In this document: positions 35,178 through 46,055 of the stretch, piece by piece
How the letters are laid out: each line of letters opens with the position of its first letter
How positions within the stretch are numbered: the first letter of the stretch is position 1
NCBI GenBank assembly: GCA_001600815.1
Contig: BCKZ01000003.1
Coordinates: 1,413,474 to 1,472,046 of the forward strand
DNA length: 58,573 nucleotides
Source: Alloascoidea hylecoeti
Lineage: Eukaryota
Direction of reading: 5' to 3'
Notes under the pieces: generated by a model
Databases searched by the model: none
Told to the model about the DNA's origin: nothing
What the model saw: only the letters and a program-made list of their open reading frames with translations
Translations under genes and position numbers: made by a program

Positions 35178-36060
35178 CTGAACTACTTTTTTTTAAATTA
35201 TAAAAATCTATAAAAAGGTTAAAATGTAAGTATATAATTATTTAAAAGTGTTACACCTTGACGGTACAACAATGCCTGTTTTATATTTATTTATATCTAA
35301 GAATCAGTTTCCGTCATTCAATATTTGCTAAATGAATAATAGCATCTGAGTCTATTTTGAGATAACATGAGTTGAATCTTCTGTTTACTCGCTCGCATCT
35401 GCCATAAAATCTCTAAAATTAGGCTTAGATTTTGAATTATTTTAGTATCTTTGTACGTTGGGCATATCAAGTTATCCAAACTTATATCTTTACCTAAGAA
35501 GTGTAAGAAAATTGTTGTTTTTGTTTGACAATTCAAATTTTTTTTTTTCAAGTGGCAATTAAGGCTTTATATTAAACTGCTTTATCTATAAATACTATAT
35601 TTATAACAACCAAAAAATGTGAAAATAAAAAGACCTATTACTAGGCAAAAATACCTATTACTAATGTTATAGGTTCGCTCTTTTGTGAGTAATGTTACTT
35701 TTTATAGTATTATTGCCACCATTTCCAACTTCTTACTCAATCAATACGAATAAAGGATGTCATATGTATACATCTCTTTTTCTTTTTTTTTTGTTCGTAG
35801 CACCTAAGTGATTCAGAACAAAGCTTTGTGGAGTCCCTTTCAATTATTTTACACCATTGTGATTCTGATAAACTGTTCTCCTGTTGATAATATCTTCTGT
35901 GATATTTTCTAACCAAAAAAACTGTTACCGCTCTTAATATTAATTCTTTTCTTTCCTTATGATTAAAATCAAGAAAAGATTTCACTTCAATTTCCTTTTC
36001 TTTTAGATATATCAAAAAATTCAGGACTACATGTATTGATTTTTGGTTCTTCTAAAAATT

Positions 36061-36143
36061 TCTCCTGGGGGTGAATCGAACACCCGATCTCAAGATTATC
36101 ATCCATTACAGTCTCGCGCCTTAGCCAACTGGGCCACCAGGAG
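36061..36143 (-). tRNA. tRNA-Tyr (GTA) with a 9-nt intron (36097-36105)
   Basis: CTCCTGGTGGCCCAGTTGGCTAAGGCGCGAGACTGTAA[TGGATGATA]ATCTTGAGATCGGGTGTTCGATTCACCCCCAGGAGA. Cloverleaf stems pair, A and B boxes are present, and a T-run terminator follows. Confidence 0.96.
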
Positions 36144-37011
36144 TCTTGTGGGTACCTTCGAGCAATAAAATCCGGATCACATGACATTATAAGACATCAT
36201 CTGGCATCCAGTTACTCTATATTGTTGATCCAGATAACTGGATATCGCCCTGTTGTTTCAGCAGTTCAACTCTAAGAGACGGCACTGTCGAGACTAGAGA
36301 TCCTGGATTCTGATCTATGAAGAGAAGGTGAATCCCTTATAATTAAATTATAATATACCGTATCTTTCTCTATCTGCGTATCTACAATATGTAAGGAGCC
36401 TTACCCAAAGTAGTGATCCTGTTCCGCTCTTCTTTCAAACCCTCATGACCCCAAATTGCTGCATGAACAGAAATGTTATTTCAAATAGTTGGCTGCCATT
36501 TTAATCCTTAATCTTCTCATAAACATTAAACAAATAATTCAAGATAAGATCCGAGTAATAACCATGAGATAAGTCAACATGTTTTTCAAATTCTTTTCTT
36601 GTTGGTTCAGCTAAATGTCTAGTCCATGAAGAAAGACTTGAATTATATTTAGAAAAGCTTAGATATTCAAACCCCTAAACGTTTATAAACAATATTATTG
36701 ACTTGTGGTCGACTCGTCAGTGACTCGTCACGTTCGTGTTTTAAGAATCAAAGTTTAGAACAGCTCTAAAGCTTGCACTATAGGGTTTAATATATTCTTA
36801 TTATTCTGACAGTGCTATATCCACCAACGATATCCTTGGTAGAACGATCCTTGTAATCCGGAAGAAAAATTCCCCCACTGTAATAGTCAGGCATGATTAT
36901 AAGTTATTTAATAAGAGAAAATTTTTAGAAGATCTTTAGAAAATCTTTTCTTTTATAATAATCACCTCTTAAACTTATTATTTGATCAGGATTAAAGAGG
37001 AATATTGAGAC

Positions 37012-38466
37012 ATGGTCTTGGTAGAAAATAATAGAGAAAGGCAAGGGTTATTAACAACTCCTCATGGAAATGTAAAAAAAGTAAAAGTATACAACTCCAA
37101 TATTCATGATAATCAACAACATGAATCAAACAGCAGTAATATTACTAGATCTAGAATGTTGAATAATGAGACAGAAAATGCACGTAGATCTTGGAGAAAT
37201 GATAAAGTATTATTACTACAAATTCTAACGGCATTTTATGGGTTTTTTGTAACTGGTTTATCAGATCAAACAATCGGATCTTTACTACCTTCTTATCAAT
37301 CACATTATCATTTATCTGATGTTCAAGCATCTCTATTATTCTGTATTCAATTTGCCGGTTGTTTGATGTCAGCAAGTTTAAATGATTACCTACATCGAAA
37401 AGTTGGAGCCCATGGTGTTGGGTTAATAGGAACATCCATATCAACTATTAATTTCCTCATAGCTTTTACAAAACCTCCTTTTATGTTTCTGTTATTGGCT
37501 TATGTTTTTGCAGGTATAGGAAATGGATGTGTGGATGCAGCTTGGAATGCTCATATTTCTAAACTGGACAATAATAATGAAATAATGGGTATATTACATG
37601 CCTGTTATGGGGTTGGTAGTTTAACTACTCCAATAATTGTCACAATATTATTATCAAATAAAATGGATTGGTCATGGACATTTGGAGTATTGGCTTCTTT
37701 GTCATTTTTAACTATTATTTTTGTTTTTTTCTCATTCCGAGAAGAAACTGGAGAAAAATATCTTGAAGAGGTGAAAAATCATCAATCGAAATTTGAAGCT
37801 GAAGATGAGTCTAGTAATAGTGCTGGCGATAACACAACCAAAAAGGAGACTAATATCCTAAAATTAGCCTTAAGTCATAAAGTAATTTGGTGTTTAGCAC
37901 TTTATTTATTTTTATATTGCGGAGCAGAAGTCGGAATTGGAGGATGGGCAGTTTCCTATATGATAAGAGTTAGACATGGGTCTAAAGAAAAAATGGGTAT
38001 AATAGCTACTTTTTTTTGGTCTGGTATTACAATCGGTAGACTTGTATTAGGGTTTGTTACCGGTCAATTTGCAGGGAAAGAGAACAATGTTGCAACTGTT
38101 TATGCTATGATCTCATTGCTTTTCTTTTTATTATTTACCCTCGTGCCTGGAGATTCACTGTTGATGTCAGGAGCTACATTAATGGCCAGTGGGATCTTTT
38201 TGGGACCATTATACCCAACAGTTGTTATTTACGCAAGACGATTACTTCCTGGGCATTTGTATTTGGCAGGAATTGGATTTGCGGCAGCGTTTGCAGGCTG
38301 TGGGGCTGCTCTATTCCCAGCCCTTGTTGGATTTTTGGCTGAAAGATTTGGCTCACTAATTGTGTTCGGTCCTGCGGTTTGTACTGTATTAACACTTATG
38401 ATATTGGTTTGGATTATAACCCCATATGTTGGAAGAAAACAAAATCCAAATTTAAATACCGTTTAA
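37012..38466 (+). CDS. Major facilitator superfamily transporter (Bsc6/fucose-permease-like)
   Basis: About 12 hydrophobic segments; GLSDQTIGSLLP, MGILHACYGVG, LYCGAEVGIGGW, FWSGITIGRL motifs. Confidence 0.9.
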   Translation: MVLVENNRERQGLLTTPHGNVKKVKVYNSNIHDNQQHESNSSNITRSRMLNNETENARRSWRNDKVLLLQILTAFYGFFVTGLSDQTIGSLLPSYQSHYHLSDVQASLLFCIQFAGCLMSASLNDYLHRKVGAHGVGLIGTSISTINFLIAFTKPPFMFLLLAYVFAGIGNGCVDAAWNAHISKLDNNNEIMGILHACYGVGSLTTPIIVTILLSNKMDWSWTFGVLASLSFLTIIFVFFSFREETGEKYLEEVKNHQSKFEAEDESSNSAGDNTTKKETNILKLALSHKVIWCLALYLFLYCGAEVGIGGWAVSYMIRVRHGSKEKMGIIATFFWSGITIGRLVLGFVTGQFAGKENNVATVYAMISLLFFLLFTLVPGDSLLMSGATLMASGIFLGPLYPTVVIYARRLLPGHLYLAGIGFAAAFAGCGAALFPALVGFLAERFGSLIVFGPAVCTVLTLMILVWIITPYVGRKQNPNLNTV

Positions 38467-38681
38467 GTGCACTCTGATATTAGTTCTTTTAGTAACATTA
38501 TAAAACAATATAGGCATTATAATATAAATCTGTGACGAAAGAACTTTTCAGAGTGATCGATGCTGTCATGCTGAGTAAGTTTACCCGGATCTGTCTCCTG
38601 CTGAAACACTAAAATCGCCTCCATAGTGGATCATCAAGGTTAAACATATGAATATTCAACTTCCATCTTAAGTCCAAGAAC

Positions 38682-41171
38682 ATGAGAGCAGTTTCTCCAT
38701 ATAACTCCCTCCAGGATATGGATATCCCCCAATGGCTGGACTCTGTTGGTTGCTCATCATATAAAGAGAACTTCTTAGAGAATGAAATCACAGGTGATTT
38801 ACTTTTTGATTTTGATACATCAGTACTTAAAGATTTAGGGATCACGAAGGTGGGGGATAGAATCAAAATTCTAGTAGCCATTGCAAAACTTAAGAAATCT
38901 TTTGCCAGATCCCATCCCAAATCTCCTCAAAATAGACAATCAACGAGTCTTAGTGTTCCGAATTCAGCCACACTAGGAAGTATGGGGAGTCCTGTTTCTG
39001 ATGATGGTTTTGGTACTTATTATTCAAGCCTTACTGATTATTATCGTAATGAAGATAATGAAAACGAGGAAGGGACTGGAACAAGTACATTAACTAATTC
39101 ATTAGAGAATACAGTCGATAAACAAATACTTAGTATGAATGAAGTTCGAAAAGGAGTTGTTAAATTCATTTATTCTTTACTAGATGGTACTGCTCAAATT
39201 AAATCGGTTAATGTTTCGGGATGTTTCAATGCAGAATCAATTATAAATAAAGCGCTTGCAAAATATGTTTTATCTTCAGAGTTACATGGGAAAGCAAATC
39301 CAGATGATTATAATGTATATTTAACAAATGAGAAAGATAATCATACTACAGCAACACAAGTATATGATTCTGAACTGGTTACAATATGTCATTCTTCATC
39401 AAGAGATGAACGTAATAGAATTATAATCTGTCAAAAAGATCTAACTCCTAATAAAGAAGCATTGGAAGCAAGTAGGAAAATTGCTTCCGATTCAATTGGT
39501 TTAAAAAAGAGATCAATTGTTCCAACCATAGTTGAACCTACGGTACCACCCAATGTATCTGATTTTGCGCCACCTCCTAGAATTCGTGCTGAAAAGGGAG
39601 ATAAGCTACGACAGTTTTTTGGTCAAAGACCTCCAAGTGAATTAATTTCAACAAATTTAGCTGAATATTTCCCAAAGGCGAAATCAGAAGAACTTGAACA
39701 AACTATTCGAAATTCTGTTAGATATTCAATTAGAATGTCCAGAATGTCATTTTCAAGTCTTGGTCCAAGGCCGATATCTGTTTGGAGTGCATCTAGTAAT
39801 CCTTCATCTGGTGTGAATCCAACAGTTGGTGATGTATGGATAAATGGTGCAACTTCTTTGGATGAAGCAACGATTTCAAGCACAGGGAGTGGTGGTTCTT
39901 CAGGAATACTTGGAAATAGGCCGGTTTCTACAGTTGGATCTATATCTGGAGTTCTACCTCCACCTCCAGGAATAAGAGATTTATCTGCTTCACCATTAGG
40001 CATACGAGATTCAGTAAGTTCTGGTGACATGAGCTTAAATAGAATGTCTGTTTTAAAACGATTGTCAACTTCTCAGAGCAACAGATTTAGTATATTATCC
40101 AGTGCTTCAAATCGTATGTCAAGAATGGAAATTATATCAGCTGAAAATGAAGAATTTGATTCAGATGAAACAGACACATTATCAAGTTCACATTCTGGAG
40201 GAACAATAAATGGTAACAATGTTACAAATACATCATTGGATTCCTCAGATTCAACTTCAAATGAACCAGGAACTACTACAAGTGCAGAAAGCGAATCATC
40301 AGAATTTGATTTTATAACTTCACATCATAATACAGGGCCAAAACATTGGATTAAAGGAGCCCATATTGGTTCTGGTAGTTTTGGTACCGTATGTCTAGGA
40401 ATGAACTCTATGACTGGTGAAATTATGGCTGTTAAACAGGTTAACATTCCTTCAGAGGAAAATTTAGATGAAATGGGAGCAAGACAAAGGGGCATGATTG
40501 ATTCATTACAAAGAGAAATGGGTTTGCTACGAGAATTGCATCATGAAAACATTGTCAGTTATTTTGGATCAAGCGTGGAAGATGGTAATATTAATATTTT
40601 TATTGAATATGTTCCAGGTGGATCAGTTTCATCTATGCTTGGTAGTTATGGACCTTTTGAAGAACCATTAGTCCGTAGCTTTGTGAGGCAGATATTAATT
40701 GGACTGAACTACTTACATGATAAAAATATTATTCATAGAGATATTAAAGGTGCTAATGTTTTAATTGATCTTAAAGGAGGTGTTAAAATTACTGATTTTG
40801 GTATTTCTAAAAAAGTAAATGCAGATTTATTAAATTCAAATACACGGAGGGCATCAATGCAAGGTTCGGTATATTGGATGGCACCTGAAGTAGTAAAACA
40901 AATTGCATATACTCCAAAAGCTGATATTTGGTCAGTTGGTTGTTTAGTTGTTGAAATGTTTACAGGTAAACATCCATTTCCAAATTATACTCAAATGCAA
41001 GCAATTTTTAGAATTGGTGCAATGGCATCACCAGAAATTCCAAAATGGTGTAGTGAAGATGCAAAAGACTTTTTAGCTAAAACATTTGTTGGTGATTACC
41101 AAGAAAGACAAAGTGCATTAGAATTATTATCTCATCGATTTTTGGATTCACTATTAGTTTCCAAGAAATAA
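38682..41171 (+). CDS. STE11: MAP kinase kinase kinase
   Basis: N-terminal SAM domain (WLDSVGC...LGITKVGDRIKIL), Ras-association region, FFGQRPPSELISTNLAEYFP motif, kinase domain (GSGSFG, HRDIKGAN, GSVYWMAPE). Confidence 0.96.
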   Translation: MRAVSPYNSLQDMDIPQWLDSVGCSSYKENFLENEITGDLLFDFDTSVLKDLGITKVGDRIKILVAIAKLKKSFARSHPKSPQNRQSTSLSVPNSATLGSMGSPVSDDGFGTYYSSLTDYYRNEDNENEEGTGTSTLTNSLENTVDKQILSMNEVRKGVVKFIYSLLDGTAQIKSVNVSGCFNAESIINKALAKYVLSSELHGKANPDDYNVYLTNEKDNHTTATQVYDSELVTICHSSSRDERNRIIICQKDLTPNKEALEASRKIASDSIGLKKRSIVPTIVEPTVPPNVSDFAPPPRIRAEKGDKLRQFFGQRPPSELISTNLAEYFPKAKSEELEQTIRNSVRYSIRMSRMSFSSLGPRPISVWSASSNPSSGVNPTVGDVWINGATSLDEATISSTGSGGSSGILGNRPVSTVGSISGVLPPPPGIRDLSASPLGIRDSVSSGDMSLNRMSVLKRLSTSQSNRFSILSSASNRMSRMEIISAENEEFDSDETDTLSSSHSGGTINGNNVTNTSLDSSDSTSNEPGTTTSAESESSEFDFITSHHNTGPKHWIKGAHIGSGSFGTVCLGMNSMTGEIMAVKQVNIPSEENLDEMGARQRGMIDSLQREMGLLRELHHENIVSYFGSSVEDGNINIFIEYVPGGSVSSMLGSYGPFEEPLVRSFVRQILIGLNYLHDKNIIHRDIKGANVLIDLKGGVKITDFGISKKVNADLLNSNTRRASMQGSVYWMAPEVVKQIAYTPKADIWSVGCLVVEMFTGKHPFPNYTQMQAIFRIGAMASPEIPKWCSEDAKDFLAKTFVGDYQERQSALELLSHRFLDSLLVSKK

Positions 41172-41836
41172 CTAACCTAATTTATATAGAAATAAGAAAT
41201 CATCCCTACACATCCTTTTTGTCTACTTTTAACTTCCGACTTTTTTAAAAAATTTGCATATGTAATCCTCTTATCCCAATTTCTAATGTTAATAACAGTT
41301 AAATGAAGAATTTCAAGAAATCTACGTTTTAAAGTCATATTTTCTATGCCCAGGTAAAAAAATGATAATCTTCTAGAGCCTAACCTGAATCTAAAAGTCA
41401 CCTTTGCTTATATTATTATTATAATTAAACTTAGTGTTAAGTTCAAGCCCAATTCATCTGCTCCCTTTATACCATATCTTCATTAGTTTGAGTTTTTTTG
41501 TTAGTATTATATGTAATAATAGTACAAAAATAAAATCTAGGATTTAACGAAGTTGAAATTACTAAAAAACTTCATGATTGTTTTTATAGTTAGTTATATT
41601 TAAGGGTACACCTCTGTAAAACAACATCATAATTTTTGGTAATAATATCAACCAATTATGATAGTTTTTAATTATATACTTCACAGGCGGTACAGTAGAA
41701 ATTACCCACAAGCAAGTAGGTTCATTGAGAAAAACAGGGAGAATAGTTTGTAATCCTTTCTTTTCTTCTTTTTTTTATTGAAATGGGCCATAGTATTATT
41801 GACAACCAGAAGTAACACCATTTACACAATTGTAAT

Positions 41837-43426
41837 ATGGCAAAAGGGAAGATAACAGCAAGAGGTTTGGTCCCCCAAATTGAATCTTTGAATAAGTTCA
41901 AAGGTGAGATGAACATTAAAATTGAAGAACTCAACACCAAGTTTGATAAAGTTCTGGAAGTGTTATCGAGAATTGAAAAAGATAGAGATGCTTGGAAAGA
42001 TGCGCATGCACAAGCTCCTTCGAGTAAGGAACCACTCCATAATCCTTCTTCAACACTCAATATGTCCTTATATACAAGCCTGGCCATGGGAGATACAATC
42101 GATCTTGTTTCCCGTCTCCCCAAAGGAGTATCTGAAAAGGTCTTCTTATATTTGACACAAACGACTTTACTCATTTGTAGAAGGGTATCTAAATCATGGT
42201 AGCAAATAGCTGATAATGACAATATATGGAGATCAAAGTTTCAAGATCAAAAATCTTGGAAATTTTATAATGATTCAGAAGCCGACTCATGGTATGAATT
42301 GTATAAAAAACGGTATCTTTTGGAGTCAAATTGGAAACATGGTAAATTTACAAAGTAACTAAGTGGTCATTCTGACAAAGCATTATGTATTAAATTTTTA
42401 AAAACTGGATTTTAACGGGATACAAAATAAAAATCTGGGATAATGAAACTTTTTAATGCTTTAAGAGTTTTAAATGGACCAAATTTTAAGATTTTAAGAA
42501 AATTACCAGATCTTGGGTATTTAGAAACCAATTTAAAAACATTAGTAATCCAAGGAATACTTAAATGTATCAAATTTCATGTGGGCTGTTACTTGTATTG
42601 ATAATTTGGACGTTACCAGATTTTGGACCAATAGATCTTTTGATAATGCCAATAAAATTACATGATTCTATGGTTTTAGGTGTTGTTGCTTTATACATTA
42701 TATTGTATGCTGTAGGGCAGATGGTTATATTGGAGTTTGGAAATTAAGTGCTGATAATTTAGGACATATAAACAACACTGTTTTAAAGCAGATTATAGTC
42801 ATATTTATGGTATTTGCATTCATGATGGTATTATATATAGTCATGGAGATTATATTGTGAGATCCTGGAATATTGAAACTGATCAATTAATTCAAGAATT
42901 TCGGTTTGTTCTTTTAAAATGCTTTAAAGTAAAGAATCAATACTTAGTTGGTGTAGAAAACGACGAAATAAAAGTTCTGGATTTACAATCAAATAAATTA
43001 ATAAAGATTTTTTTAAATGAAGGAAAAGGATTTGAAAATTTAGCTTCATTATTTATAGCGGAAGATAAAATCATTTATGTTAATAATGATTGTACTATTA
43101 GGATTCTGAATTTGAATGATCTAAAATCACTTAAAGAAATTAAAGGTTCAAAAAATAGAAAATTAAACGATGTGCCTACTTGTTCAATTGGTGCTAATTC
43201 GAATAGTAAAATCATTTATGTTGATGATGATTGTCCTAACATGAATTTAAATGAACTAAAATCACTAAATGAAATTAAAGATTCAGAAAATAGAAAATTA
43301 AATGGTGTGCCTACTTGCTCAATTGGTGCTGATTCGAAAAGGCTAGCTGTTGTTTATTTGGATGGTGATGTTGTCATTCATGATTTTACTGAAAATTTAA
43401 GGAAAAAATATTTAAAACATTTATAA
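41837..43426 (+). pseudogene. F-box/WD40 family copy 8, with an in-frame 75-aa N-terminal extension, a premature stop, frameshifts and an internal tandem duplication
   Basis: Family start MSLY at 42062, TAG after VSKSW, broken WD repeats, duplicated last blade, and C-terminus IHDFTENLRKKYLKHL. Confidence 0.88.
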
Positions 43427-44602
43427 TTTATTGAAAATTGAAAATAAACATCGTTTTTTAAAGAAATATCAATTGGGTTGTTTATAATTAATATATCGAC
43501 TCGCTATTGCAAGAGAAGTGTAACGTTAATATACCCATACTATTAATTATAAGTAAGATATTATCGTATTAATATCAATATAATTTAACTTGATTGTGAC
43601 TTACATATTTATAAAATATTTTCTTTCTATGACTATGCAAATAACCTATTATTATAACTTTTGACCTTGCGATTTTTTATATTGCCACTTCTGAAATATA
43701 GGATCAAGGATAAAAATGACTCCTATAGTATGTGAATTCAAATCGATCCTAATACATAAGCAATAGAGTCACCAAGGGAAGTCTGTGGATTCTATTTTAA
43801 AACTAGATACAAATATATTGAGATGAGGATATACATGTAAGTTTATAGTATGATTTATAAGAGATTCAAGTGAAATGATGCCCTTTTTTTTATGCAGTCA
43901 TTTCACTTAATTTAGACCATTGTGATAAGCAATTATTAGTCATAATATGCACTAAGTCTTCGACCATGTGAACAGATTTTTTGTGAACAAAGTGGCATAT
44001 TAGTTAAACCCCAAATACCCGAGCAATGTCATGGGATTGGTAAATTTGTGAGCAATAAACTAACAATCTCAAAATGAAAATTCAACTCCAACAACATTAT
44101 TAGGGTGGACTACAAGTCTACAACACAATAATTAATAGCTTAATCGGAAATGGAATATTCTCTTGAAAGTCTCGATAACAATTATCACTCTTATAATGCT
44201 TAACTACAATGATAACTGGTCATAAATTAATAATTTTATTTTAGAAGACCAAAACCTGATACATATTTAATTTTCTAATCAATGTGTGTACTTACTAGTT
44301 AAAAAACAACAACTTCCATAGTTAGGTAAAACTATAAGAGCTGATACTTTATAATTTTGTAAGTTTTCTAATTTTTTACCTAAGTCTGGCTTGCACCATA
44401 CGAAACTTAATGGAAGTTATAACAAGGCTGATAATTATTTATCAGACTGATCAAACCTTATACCACATATAGACTCATATCAAATGGTCGACTGAAAAAT
44501 GTATCACATGGCCAAAACATAGTGACTTGTGTGACCGAATATTAGTATATATGGTGGCCGATATTAACCAACTTTCTTTTCTTCCCATTTGTTTTATATG
44601 GG

Positions 44603-45346
44603 TAAATATCATTTCGGTGGTGTTATATATATGGATATTAATGATAAATATTTGGTTTCTATTTCATATGATGGGTCTTGTATAATTTGGACATACCAGA
44701 TTTTAAACCAATACAAATTCTGATGACAGTACGAGAAAGCTCTTTAATTATATATTGTGCCGCTTTATACAATGATTATCTTGTATGTTGTAATAAGCGT
44801 GATATTAAGGTTTGGAAATCAACCGTCGATAATATGGAACATTAACAGTTTAATTTACATCACCGTTTGCGTTACTCGTATTTGCATTTACAATGGTATT
44901 ACCTATGGCCATGGTAGATTTCAGAAGATGTAAGATCTTGGAGAATTTGACCAGTTTCAATAATCTAAGAATTTAAATATAATCAACTGGTATGCATTGG
45001 AGTAGAGAGGATCGATACTTATTTGTTGGTGACGTTCACAAACTAACAGTTTTGAATTTAAAAAGAAGTAAAAAAATATTTTATAAGATGAGAGGCCAGC
45101 TAGATTATTTATATCCAAGGCTAATAAAAAATCATGTTAATTTTGATTATACTATTAATATTTGGAAGTTAAATCATCTATTTAAAGAATATAAAAAGTT
45201 GGAAAATGAAAAATTAAATTTGTGGTTTCCTTTATTAATGAATGGTGATTCAAAAAGGCTAGGTGCTCCAACTATGGATGGTGATATTTTAATTTATGAT
45301 TTACTGAAAATTTAGGGAAAAAATATTTTATTTGAAATATTTATAA
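44603..45346 (+). pseudogene. F-box/WD40 family copy 9 (5' half missing, heavily decayed)
   Basis: MDINDKYLVSISYDGSCIIW, then KLNLWFPLLMNGDSKRLGAPTMDGDILIYD. The 3' flank is nearly identical to that of copy 8 (TATTGAAAATTGAAAATAAA.ATCGTT.TTTAAAGAAAT). Confidence 0.85.
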
Positions 45347-45593
45347 TCTATTGAAAATTGAAAATAAAGATCGTTGTTTAAAGAAATCTCAATTCAAATA
45401 AATTAAATTCATACGGGTCACAAAAAGAAAATTGTGTTTCGGTAAAAGACGGTTTTTTCAATATTCCTTCGGTTAGTATTACTCAAAATTGTGTATAAAA
45501 TAGATTGAGTTAAGTGGATTATATAAGTAAAATTTTATAAGATAATTAATTTTGTGGTTGAAGTATTGAATTCAAAGTAACCTAAAGCGTTTG

Positions 45594-45953
45594 GAGTTAA
45601 TATAGGTCCATCAGTTAACTAATATATTCGCACACAGTTTAAATTAAGTTAATGATTTGGCTACATGATATTCGAATTCGACTACCCATCTTTTAGCCAC
45701 CTTTATATCCAACAAAGCATGGTAAGCACCGGTCTTTCAAAAACTTGGAAGGTATTACCATTTTCAATATTTCACTTAAGCTTAACACCTTTCAAGGTGT
45801 TTGAAAGACTTGTCTTGACCATGTTTGTTGGATATAAGGTTCGTTGGTCGAGTATTTTTATATTATGTTGCCGAATCATTAATTTAAAATATGGGCGAAT
45901 ATGTTCTCAAATATGGGCGAATATATTGGCTAATAAGTGGTCTATATTAACTC
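45594..45953. mobile_element. 360-bp foldback (imperfect palindrome) element
   Basis: Two ~170-bp arms are reverse complements with indels (GAGTTAATATAG...AATATATTCGC...TTAATGATT.GGC.ACAT...TTATATCCAACAAA.CATGGT...GTCTTTCAAA.AC.T.GAAGGT), separated by a short loop near 45770-45783. Confidence 0.75.
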
Positions 45954-46055
45954 AGAAAAATCTGTACTAACTTAAGGTTTAGCATTGATGGGTAAAAGGG
46001 TGTTAAAATATATAAAAACATCTACCTTCTGTTTTAATATTATCAACAAATTTAT

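Noticed and set aside
36148..36420. Solo LTR upstream of tRNA-Tyr
   Set aside because: TG start and a small hairpin only; no defined end or TSD.
38682..41171. Alternative CUG decoding (Ser or Ala)
   Set aside because: CTG occupies conserved Leu positions (SAM WL, kinase GLNYLH), consistent with the standard code.
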